Shown here in pieces: positions 10,781 to 21,639 of a stretch of DNA of 64,000 bases. The stretch's first letter is position 1, and each line of letters starts with the position of its first letter. The stretch is from NCBI GenBank assembly GCA_010909165.1, contig VJWM01000296.1:52379-116378 (forward strand), in the 5' to 3' direction. The notes below the pieces were generated by a model, which saw nothing but the letters and a program-made list of their open reading frames with translations, was not told where the DNA came from and made no database searches. This DNA is from Anthoceros angustus (Eukaryota; Plantae; Anthocerotophyta). The position numbers and the translations under genes were made by a program.

Positions 10781-13692
10781 TCAAGCCACAAACGCGCTCT
10801 CTGCTAGATCAATAGCTCGCCCTAACCCAGCAGCTTTGTTGCGGCATTCTTCCATCTCAGAATCTGGGTCACTGTCCGCCACAATGCCTGCACCTGTTTG
10901 CAAATGCACGATCCACTCACGCCTGTTGTTGGCAGTCTTGTAGGAGTACATGGTATCATATCGGGCAAATGTGGGGAAAACCATGGTGCGCAGAGCTAAC
11001 GCTATGTCCATATCCCCAGAAAACGAAACGGCTCCAATGCCACCACTGTATGGCCCTCGCATGGTTGGCTCCAACTCATCGATGATTTGCATTGCTCTAA
11101 CCTGCAACAGAAACACATGTTAGAATCGAGCTGAGAAAAGCAATCATTCTTCTTTCCAACTGGGTCCGTGGCTTGGACCTTGGGTGCTCCACTGACTGTG
11201 CCTACAGGTAGAGCAGCACGAAGTGCATCCCAGCAAGAGTAGTCGTCAGCCAAATCCCCCGTCACCTGAAAACAGACAAGGAAGTGAGTCTCGATACGCG
11301 CACAAGGACGAAAGCCCAGTAATCTGCCATTCGTGTACACACGATACTCACTGTTGAGCTTATGTGCATCACATGGGAGTAACGCTCCACCTCCATCAGC
11401 TTTTCCACCTTCACAGTACCAGCCTTGGAGACCTGCATTAAGACAACCGTGCTGTCAAAGCACACACTTCCCCTCAGCGTTACTATCCCCATTTCAAGCT
11501 TGGCACCTGGGAAAAATACCTTTCCAACATCGTTTCTTCCCAAGTCAACCAGCATAACATGCTCTGCTCTCTCCTTCTCATCTGCCAATAACTCTCGTTC
11601 CAAAGCCAGGTCCTCTTCCAATGTCTTCCCGCGCTTTCTAGTCCCGGCAAGAGGCCTGTTAACAACTTTCTTCTGCAAAAGGTCCAAACTTCCTTGTGAG
11701 CGTTCAAACCCTAAATCTTGGACATATTTCAGATCGTCAGGACTCTCTCTCACCTTTTCAATTCGAGTCAATATTTCAGGGCTCGAAGCAACCAGTATAG
11801 CACCTCTGGCCTGCAATCATAAATCAAAGAGTTACTCGGAAAGAAGTTCAAGGTCAGCCCTGGTTCTCCAGTACTTCCGTTGACAAAGACGATATTGGAA
11901 ACCAGGCAGGCCTTTGACATCGAACACCAAACACAGGAGCACAGAACGATACCTGCAGGTAAATCATATACGGACTTGGATTCACAATCCGTAAAGCGCG
12001 ATAGACCTCAAAGGGATCTGCAAATGTGCGGCGCTCGAACCGCTGACTGAGAACCACTTGAAATATATCGCCGGCAAGTATGTGTTCTTTCGCCCGTGAT
12101 ATGGCTGCCTTGTACAGTTCTGGTGACATGTTTGAGTCCGTGAGCTGTGACCCAAATTGTGTCACGGACAGATCAACCGATCCAGAAGATAGTTTTGGCC
12201 TGAAGCAACACAAGGCAAGTGAGACATCCAGATATGCTGGGAGGCAACTACTGCAAGCATCATAGACAAGGCTGTTGCAGCTTCGTCTATACAGCATGTC
12301 TTCCCCAAGAGACAGATGCAGATGGAAAGCCGACCAATCAACAGTCAGATAAGGAACGTTTGGAGACAGCGAATATCCTGAGACAAACAGGGCTCCCCAA
12401 CATATCCCAGGGAACCACTAGACAATGAAAACACTCGGAGACAGGACATACTTACACTTCCACATTCTGAACTCTGGCAACCAGAAGCTCAAGCCGTCTT
12501 TTACCATCTCCGAAAGCTTCTTCTGGGGTGTCGAAGAGGTCAGTGAGGACCCAGTGAATGACATAGACGACCTGTAATTTCCACTGACAACAACGTGAGA
12601 CCAGGCGCTAAATTTTGCAGTGTTACAGCTTGGCAGCAGGGAACATTGACTCTGACAAAGCATATGACTGCCCACGTGAACTCAAATCACACAACTTCAA
12701 AGGCTCGTCGACGTAGAAGTCGACTCCTGGCACCTCCATGTTGATGTGGGCTACACAAAACATCCAGAAATTATCACCTTGGAAACGTGGTCGAAGACAA
12801 CCACGTCGTTGTACAGGCCCAGATGCACATCAGGGAGGCCCCTGTCATCTTCTGGAGCCTTTTCAAAGGACAGCTTCCTCTTCTCCACATATCTGACAGT
12901 ATCATAAGAAAAGTACCCAACCCAACCACCTGGAGAACACAACAAGGCATTAGGTCAAGGGTAAGCCTTGGCAACCAACCCGACCTTCTTGAAGTGCACA
13001 GTTTCACGTACCACAGAATGCATCGGGAAGTCCGTCCACACGAGCCGGCCGCCAGTTCTGAGAGATCAGAGCTGGCTCTCTCAAGGGATCTTCTGTCCTC
13101 TTCTCCACTCGGGTGCCTTGTTCGTGATTGAGAATTGTGATAACATCCTCCTTTGCAACAATCTCCATAGCAGGTTGCGCACCCACCAAACTGTAACGCC
13201 CCTGCAGACCAGGACCTCCAACAGGTCAAACTTTTGTACCAAGCAGAGCCAAGTCTACCCAACAAGTCAGCATACCTCATTACTTCCATCCACTCCGTGC
13301 TCCACAGACTCAAAGAGAAAGCTAGGTGCTTCTCGATCATCCTCCTTCACAAGACAGCGGTAGGCCAGCACAGGCGTCAAATGATCCGAAAAAATTCGCC
13401 GAACGACGGGAACCAGATTGCCCTGCTTAGAGGCATCCACGAAGGCCCGTAATTCTCGCTGGTCTCGAAGCTCATCCACCTTCGGTGGCACCAAGGTCGG
13501 GGTGTGGGTCGAAGCAGCTTGCGACACGACCTGCAGCCGACACGCTCGTTGCGCTCTACTGCCATCCAGACCGCCCCCAATGGGAACGGAATTCAGCCTG
13601 CACAAGTCGGATGCTCGCAAGCTGGGGAAACATTCCACCTGCTGCTTGGCACAGAAAGGCGAAGAGAGCGCCGGAAGCCTCAAGGTCGCCAT
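10781..13692 (-). CDS. ASA1: Anthranilate synthase alpha subunit (TrpE-like), plastid-targeted, 10 exons
   Basis: [137 protein letters not shown]. The Trp-feedback motifs LFES and NPSPYM are intact. Confidence 0.97.
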
Positions 13693-14049
13693 GGATTGCA
13701 AATCTGACGGAAACGAGGTTGCAAATGCTTCCGACGGGGCTGCGAAACCCTTCTTAAACCCTGCCGTAACTCTGTCCTTGCATCGGCCTCAGTTCGGGCC
13801 CTGATTTCAACAGCAGGAATTTCGAACTGAAGGTAGCTTGGCGAGCCAAACATTACCCCCGAAATATCGATCCAGGCCTTGGTTGCACTTCCTTGGGCAG
13901 GAACGCGGCATTGCGAACTTTGAAGGGCGTTGGAGACACTTCGTGCTGACGGCAGAGTCTGTTAGTTTCTACACGACGGTTGCGTGCGTCCAGGCCACTG
14001 TACGCCGAATCTCTATCTTGCTATCCAAACCTCCAACCTCCTAACACGT

Positions 14050-15248
14050 TGTTTTTTTTTGTTTTTTTTGCTTTTTTTGCTTTTTTTGCTTTTTTTACAC
14101 ACATCTATTTATAATTTTATATCAATATACATATAGTATATCTTTGACTCGGTACTTTCAGATATACGGTTAAGGGCAATCTAAGAAAAGTTGACAATCT
14201 AAGAAAGAGAAAGACAATCGACAGAGAAAGAAAAAGACAGTCGAGAGAGTCGCGCAATCAAGATAACCTGCGGACAATCATACCAATGGCTATCAACGAG
14301 ACATTTCAGCACGACAGAAAGAAAGTCACACAAGGAGGACAGATATAAAACCCTGAACGACAAGAAGGAAGTCATGCGAACAATAGGATAGTCACACGAA
14401 CAAGGAAGTCATGCGAACAGGATAGTCACACGACCAACTTGACGGCCCATGGACAATTAACGGAGAGGAAAGTCACACTAGCGGAACCAGGACGAGAAGG
14501 ACGTCACACGGGCTAGACAATCAATTGACAAGTCATACAAACAGGATAATCAACACAAAGTCACACAAGCAAGATATGTACATTATGGACAAATAGTTCT
14601 TATCACACGAGCACATATAATCAAACGAATAATCAGGAAAGCAAACAATCCATAGACACACATACAAGCAAGATCATAGGACAATCATATATAATGAACG
14701 AATAATTACAAAAACAAGACAATCCATACACAGTCACACAATCACATATAATCAATGGATAATCACAAATGCAGGGCAATCCATAGGCACTGACATAGCA
14801 AGATCATAGGACAATCATGTGTACAATCACACAAGAAAGACCATGGGATAGTCATATAGTATGTACATACAAACAAGACACTCCACACACTAGCCACACA
14901 AGCAAGACAATCCAAAGTCGAGTCATACGACAATCCTCAATTAACTATATGAATACGACAAATAGGACAACCTATTGGAAAAGAACACTAAACAGACCAT
15001 TATATTAACCCGCCAAATAGGATACCCATACAAAGAGGACACTAAATAGGGGTAAGTATGACGGTCATACAAACACGATAATACATACAAACATACAATA
15101 GTCCCGGCACAGTATGTATGTACATGTAAGATATGTACATACGAGTGAAACCAACATACAAATCAGACCAATACGCTAATTGATGTACTTGCACAGAAGT
15201 CTCGAATGAGAGAAACCACAGTGTCGCACCAAGGATAGACACCATGAT
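14050..15248. repeat. T-rich tract followed by a low-complexity, A/C-skewed degenerate repeat region
   Basis: (T7-9 G/GC)n at 14050-14096, then recurring gtcacac / gacaatc / caagcaagatcataggacaatc motifs with strong A-richness on the + strand. Confidence 0.6.
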
Positions 15249-15334
15249 ATTCATTCCGGCTGAATCAACAACGCCGGTTCTGAGAAAGTTGATTCATTCC
15301 GGCTGAATCAACAACGCCGGTTCTGAGAAAGTTG
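15249..15334. repeat. Perfect 43-bp tandem duplication
   Basis: attcattccggctgaatcaacaacgccggttctgagaaagttg x2. Confidence 0.9.
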
Positions 15335-16409
15335 CCGCCACTTGGTAGTTTTTCTCCAGTCACTAATTCACATTAAACACGGCACTTCAAAAGCACCCAC
15401 GCCTGCGCTTGGCAATCCATTAGAGTGGGATGTAACTTTTGTGTCCAAATCGTTTGAAATGATGGTGCCAAGGCGCAAGCATGCTGGCGCCTAAGCGGAA
15501 ATCGTTTGTTTTAATTAGGCTATCTCCGTTCCGATATATTCAAAATAGGTCTGACGACCATACACATAACAACTTAGTACAGGAAGACGCCGACATGCCA
15601 ACAACTCCAAAGAAAGCGAACTTGGGACATATAGTGCAAACACGATAATATTTGAAGCAGCTGAATATGCGAACCCGGTTCCGGAAATCAAAAACCCTCT
15701 TGCGCAAATCTTGACAGTAACTATATTGCATATTTAAGCCTGTTTTGATTATTTGGGGTGGGTGCTATTCCTTCGGATTGCAATTTCAGTCCATTTGTAA
15801 GAGCAATACCTGTCTAGGTATAGTGGTTGGCGCCGGCTTACCAGTGCCCATACCGAACCCCTCGGACATGTTTACAATAGGGTGTCATGGACCACGCATT
15901 AACCCTAGGGCTTACAACCACTTGTCGTGCACCCATGCACTTTACCGCTTACATACATTAGGCCATGTGTTGCTTGCTCGCGCAAGAGAATGAGAAAGAA
16001 CACACCACCTTTGACACTTCCGATGACGACGCAGCCTTGATCGCTCACAAAGATGGTGTCCAACACACAAAATACGTGTTCAATTGCTATGACCTCCGTA
16101 GAAAGATAGTCACAGCCTGCAGTGAGCTCGAGAATAGGGAAGAAACTTGGCCGTATCATGTCTCTCTTCACCGTTCCGATTCCAGTACAATTTGCGATCA
16201 TGAATATTAGGGCATGGGTAATTTTAAACAACGTGCTTGGAAAACCGTTGAAATTTGAAAATAATTTCCATGATTTTGAGTCCAAATCTACGAATTTTTA
16301 GAATAGGGGGATTTTAAACCGAACCAATTATCTATCACTTTTACAACACAAACTATGCTGGCCAAAATAAAGAAGCATGACTCGAACTAGTAACCTCGGA
16401 TTTTAATTT

Positions 16410-16702
16410 CTCTCATTTCAATCCACATTACCTATTCCCTAAACACTAGGAAAAATTTACCTTTAAAGGGCGGCGGCATGCCGACGCCTTAAAAGAAGAC
16501 TTGAACCCTTAATCTCTCTCATTTCAATCCATATTACCTATTCCCTAAACAATGGGAAAAACTTACCTTTAAAGTGCGCTGGCATGCCGGCACCTCAAAA
16601 GATGACTTGAACCCAACTCATTTCAATCCATATTACCTATTCCCTACACACTAGGAAAAACTTACCTTTAAAGGGTACCGGTATGCCGGCGCCTCAAAAG
16701 AT
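16410..16702. repeat. Three tandem ~100-106 bp repeats
   Basis: ctcatttcaatccayattacctattccctaaaca...accttaaag...ggcatgccg...ctcaaaaga recurs at ~16410, ~16516 and ~16617. Confidence 0.85.
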
Positions 16703-17630
16703 GCTGGCGTCCAGCAGTCATTGCCAAAGACTATGAATCTTGGGCGCTGACATGCCGGCGCCCAGGTGTGTCACTTACGGTATGTTTAGGGTCTTCACAC
16801 CCTCGGCTGTTGTGCACAATGACGTCGACCGTGTCTGGATTGGATGTATAGCACGAATATAGAAATAGCTGTATGCATTCCCTTCGATGATGCTGCAGAG
16901 ATGGTCGCCCATGTTCATTACTATTGTTTAACGAATCGCATGCACTAACGACATGGGCATCATTTTCATCAAAAATAATGGTCATCTTGTAGGACGAACC
17001 CTTCGTCTACCACTGTGGGCCACTAAAAGACACAAACTTCTTTACGACACCCTAATTGTGTGCCTTCTTCTACAGGGTATGCTCAAATATGGCATTTCAA
17101 TGTCCATCAAAAACCCCGTTCCGCGTATATTCACGTCAAAAGCCGCTTGATGTATATTCAGCCGCTTCAAATATTATCGTGTTGATAGTGGGACAACTTG
17201 TCATGGGTGATTGACTATGAACCACATAATATATACATGTTAACCATTGAGTTATGTTGTGGTACAATATCACTGCCCCGTTACGCTATATGTCTCATGG
17301 CATCACGCACATGTTAAATAAACTTTGAAAAATTAATTGTATAATATTATTTTGCCCATTACTTAAATTTTTTATGTACTTATTTTACATACTTAAAAAA
17401 TGAACCTTACATCTTGTAGCCAAAAAAATTGACTAGGTATAGCTACATACACAATAGCTATATGATGTTGCAATATCATCAATTGTACCACGATTACGAT
17501 TAAATGAGATAGTCTTCCACGGCGGAAGAACTCTTTCGCGGGAGTTGGGTAATTCGATGTTCATATATTCTTTCGCTGGTGTTGGGTAATTCCGAATACT
17601 TTTTCTCGGGAGTTGGGCGCGCACAAACAA

Positions 17631-17811
17631 GGGACGACATCATCTACACATAATTCGACGTTCGGATAATGCATGCTACGTAAATCATATGGCACGACAT
17701 CATCTACACATAATTCGATGTTCGGATAATGCATGCTAAGTAAATCATATGGCACGACATCATCTACACATAATGTGATGTTCGGATAATGCATGCTAAG
17801 TAAATATGGCA
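17631..17811. repeat. 60-bp minisatellite, 3 copies
   Basis: ggcacgacatcatctacacataattcgatgttcggataatgcatgctaagtaaatcatat with period 60. Confidence 0.9.
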
Positions 17812-18082
17812 CAGATAGGCGGAACTAATGGACAAAGGTTTGAAACAAAGCCTCTCTAGCCCAAGTGGGAAGATTACCCTTGAGCAATATTATTGATCTA
17901 CTCTAAAGTACTTTCGAAAAGAACATTGAATTTTGTACTCAGCTAGATTTGTACTCAACCACATTTTGTACTCAACCAAATTTTGTATCGACCCCTTTTC
18001 AACAAGGAAGTAACCTGCAATAGTAGGTAACATCATTATAGCAACCACCGTAATTCGACGGAAAGTAATAATCCATCCAGTG

Positions 18083-18323
18083 GCTCACAAGCTCTCCCCT
18101 AGCTCATAAGCTCTCCATTGGCTCACAAGCTCTCCCCTAGCTCACAAGCTCTCTCCTAGCTCACAAGCTCTCTCCTAGCTCACAAGCTCTCCATTGGCTC
18201 ATAAGCTCTCCATTGGCTCACAAGCTCTCCATTGGCTCACAAGCTCTCCCCTAGCTCACAAGCTCTCCATTGGCTCACAAGCTCTCCATTGGCTCACAAG
18301 CTCTCCATTGGCTCACAAGCTCT
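18083..18323. repeat. 19-bp minisatellite (12 full units plus a partial) upstream of WDR92
   Basis: Units GCTCAYAAGCTCT-CCATTG and GCTCACAAGCTCT-CYCCTA are interspersed. Confidence 0.95.
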
Positions 18324-18668
18324 TCCCTGTATTATCGTATTTATATCTCATTTTCTTAATATTGTCCCTCACAAACAGCACAACACGAAGGAAAAGAATT
18401 TTTTCAACAAGGTAGGGCTTTATGTTCTTCAAAGATTTCATCTTCAAGTGATAAAATTTTAAAATTTTAATCCTAAGGATATTTAACTTTAGATATACCT
18501 ATGTCATCCAAATCTCCAAAAATATCTAATAACATATGTAATGAAAGTGAAAATAATGTTTTTAAAACTCACCTAGTTAAGTCTGTAAGATAGACAAAAT
18601 AAGAAACAATGAATGACTTAAAATAAAATAGGATAAAGACACATTGTATGGTAAAGGACTATGAAGTA

Positions 18669-19746
18669 ATGGATGCACAGAATAAACCACAAATTCTCCA
18701 ACATATATACAAATCTCTTACTTCAACTGTATTTGATACCCTTTGGGTGCCTAGTAGTGCAAGATTTATTTTGCTAGGTGCTACTCCTCGAACTAATGGA
18801 TGTTTGCAAATATATGAGCTAGATGGTGTATCAGATCTTCAGTTGCTTAAAAGTGTTGAAAAACCAAATAGCTTCAAGTGTGGGACATTTGATGCTTCTA
18901 GCTTAGTAGACAGACAACTTGCGACTGGTGACTTTAAAGGAAATCTTGATATATGGGACTTAGAAAGACTCGGTTCGCCATTATATCATGTTAAAGCTCA
19001 TGATACTATAGTGAATGCCATTGATGGTTGTGGTGGCTTGAATATTGGTTATGGTGCACCAGAATTAGTGACCGGTGGACGAGATGGTCGAGTGTGTGTA
19101 TGGGACCAAAGGCAAAAGGATGATCCAGTTACATCATTTGACCCTGAAAATAAAGATATTGCACGAGATTGCTGGGCCGTTGCATTTGGAAACTCATACA
19201 ATGATGAAGAACGCTGTGTTTTAGCTGGCTACGACAATGGGGATGTGAAATTATTTGACCTTAGGCGGTGCTATCCGATGGGAGACAAGTATGAAAAATG
19301 GAGTCTGTGGTGTGCAATTTGATCGTAAAGACATCAAGATGAACAAAATTGTAGCTACTACGTTAGAAGCACAATTCAATGTCTATGATGTAAGAACTTA
19401 TCATGCTGAAAAGGGGTTTGCTAGCTTAACACAAAACTTGGAGCATGGCACCACGGTTTGGGGTGTTAAGCATTTACCTCAAAATAGAGAGGTGTTTATG
19501 ATTTTGGGTGGTGATGGTTCTTTAAATCTATATAAATATTCATATCCTGATAAAAGATCCATGAAAGATGACAATGGAAAAGAGTATGGGATAATGGGTT
19601 GTTGTAATCTCTTGTCATCCAAATCGTTGTCAACACAACCAATTTGCTCTTTTAGTTGGAGTCCCGACAAAGAAGGATTATGTGTATTTGGATCTTTTGA
19701 CCAATGTCTAAGAGTTGGAGTTGTAACCAAATTGAATAAACTTTGA
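18669..19746 (+). CDS. WDR92: WD-repeat protein 92 / dynein axonemal assembly factor 10; intronless; one apparent frameshift near 19265, probably a sequencing error
   Basis: MDAQNKPQILQH..., KPNSFKCGTFDASSL.DRQLATGDFKG, GAPELVTGGRDGRVCVWD, RDCWAVAFGNSYNDEERCVLAGYDNGDVKLFDLR / WETSMKNGVCGVQFDRKDIKMNKI, TVWGVKHLPQNRE, STQPICSFSWSPDKEGLCVFGSFDQCLRVGVVTKLNKL*. The two ORFs (18648-19322, 19255-19746) join colinearly. An upstream in-frame ATG lies at 18648. Confidence 0.93.
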
Positions 19747-20703
19747 CAAAAGTAGAACTCCTTTTTCCATTTTATTTTATACAAGAAAAGCAAATTTAAA
19801 CACACAATCTACATTCATTGATATTATTGTTGCATTATAAAAAACCATTATAATATATATAAAGTTAAAAAATAAATTATATGTATTTATTTTAATAGTT
19901 AAATTAATATAGTAATTTATTATTATATAGACATGGACGGTTTGCTTATATATTTTTTTTCGTCTCATATTCTCTTCATTCAAAAGAAAAAATCCAAAAA
20001 TGATTTTTGATATAGCCTACAATGATGAGGATGAAACATTGGGATATCTACAATTATGGAAACAAGATTGAGCATTTAGGTTACAAAGGTGAAGATAAAA
20101 TAGGAGAATACCTCCACTGCGAACTCGGACCATTATTTTACAAGATTGACTCTCTACAACAACAGCAACTTTATTTATGTTCACTAAGGGTGGGACAAAA
20201 AAGGTACAGTGTAAATTAGGTGGAAGAAAAGAGTACACGTACATGTGTACATCATTACTAGACATACATTTATAGTAGCTAAAAAAGTAATGTAACAATT
20301 AATCAATTGTATCCAAAACATTAGGTTAAAAACAACTAACTTCTCTCCACAAAAGCAGTACCACTAAACCATAGAGGCGCATAAAAAACTTTGAAAAATT
20401 TCTCGATTTATGCATGTCATCTTGTCATTCTTATATACAAATTCTTGCTTATGTACAAGTGCTTGCTTATATAAAATTCAACCTGAATCCAAAAATAAAA
20501 GCGTGTCAAGTTTGGAATAGTACCTTAAATGTCATTTTATTTAATATTAGATTCATATATTTACCTATAATTTATCATAAAATTAAAATATAAAAATAAT
20601 TAGATATATTTAACTTAAGGGTATTATATATATGTATATATATTATATATAATATTCTATTATACGAGCTCACAGCTCTCCTTCACTCTCTTTAGCTTTT
20701 CCA

Positions 20704-21602
20704 ATGATTTCTTGTTGCAAACAAGTATGGAGAGTAACAAAACGATGGGGGAGAGGAGTGTTACATAAAGCCCCAAGACCTCCAAAAAGAATATTGAGGG
20801 TATTGCCTCAAGAAGATATAGATAGATTCAAGAATAAGTACCCTTTTAGTAAATCAGAAATTACAAAGTTGTACAATAAATTTCAGGTAAGCATTCACGG
20901 ATCATAAAATCCAATAAAATTGCAGAGAGTACAACGGTAAAAAAATGAAGTCCATCAAACCAGCAACATCAAACTGAATTGTTTTTACAAATCTAACACT
21001 TATGATCTTGGGAATGCAAAAGATGATAAGTGCTACAGGTGGAGATATAATCAACAAAGATGATTTGCTTCAAGTGGAGGAATTGCGTGCAAATCCTTTT
21101 GCGTCAAGAATATGTGATTTATTTAGTGAGGACATGTCAGGAGTTTTAACCTTCGAGAAGTTTTTGAATATGATATCAGTTTTTTCCCCACACACATTGC
21201 CAGAAATAAAAATGATATGGGCATTTGCAATATGGGATTTTGATGGAGATGATCTAATTGGCAAAGGTAATTTTAGTAGGGGAGAAATGTTTTTGCACCA
21301 ACTTGTTAAAACTAGTTTGAAATGAGGATAGTCATTTTCACATGCTGCATGCAATATGTGCAGAGGACATTATGCATGGAATCGATCTTGTCACATGTTC
21401 AACACCTATGGTTCGTCCTTCACTTCATTTGTTGAAAAGAGTTCCTTCCTCAGCAGGACTTGAAGAAAATGAACTTAGCATGTTAGCAGACCAAGTAGCA
21501 AAAGAAGTTGATCCTGAAAATACAGGTTTAGCTTATCATGACTTCCGTGGTATTTTAACAAGAATGCCTGATTTTATTAGTAACTTTTTGATTAATATAT
21601 AA
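20704..21602 (+). CDS. Calcium- and integrin-binding (CIB2/3-like) EF-hand protein; 3 exons (20704-20886, ~21023-21266, 21364-21602)
   Basis: LPQEDIDRFKNKYPFSKSEITKLYNKFQ|...EELRANPFASRICDLFSEDMSGVLTFEKFLNMISVFS...IKMIWAFAIWDFDGDDLIGKEDI...LADQVAKEVDPENTGLAYHDFRGILTRMPDFISNFLINI*. Intron phases are consistent, but the exon-2 acceptor (aag) is weak. Confidence 0.8.
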
Positions 21603-21639
21603 ACCTAAATTTATAAAATTAAAATAATCCAGTACTGCC

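Noticed and set aside
17561-17812. ORF with 20-aa repeats (LSMHYPNIELCVDDVVPYD)
   Set aside because: It is a by-product of a 60-bp minisatellite; there is no evidence of a gene.
18083-18323. CRISPR-like appearance of the 19-bp array (also the 60-bp and ~30-bp arrays)
   Set aside because: Units are contiguous with no unique spacers, there are no cas genes, and the context is eukaryotic. These are minisatellites.
19255-19322. WDR92 as a pseudogene or two separate genes
   Set aside because: There is a single frameshift in an otherwise full-length, stop-free, well-conserved sequence, at an error-prone context; a sequencing error is more likely.
20704-21602. Annotation as a plant CBL or calcineurin B
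   Set aside because: It lacks the CBL FPSF tail, and the NPF..RIC..FSED and PDF...F.I.I motifs fit CIB better.
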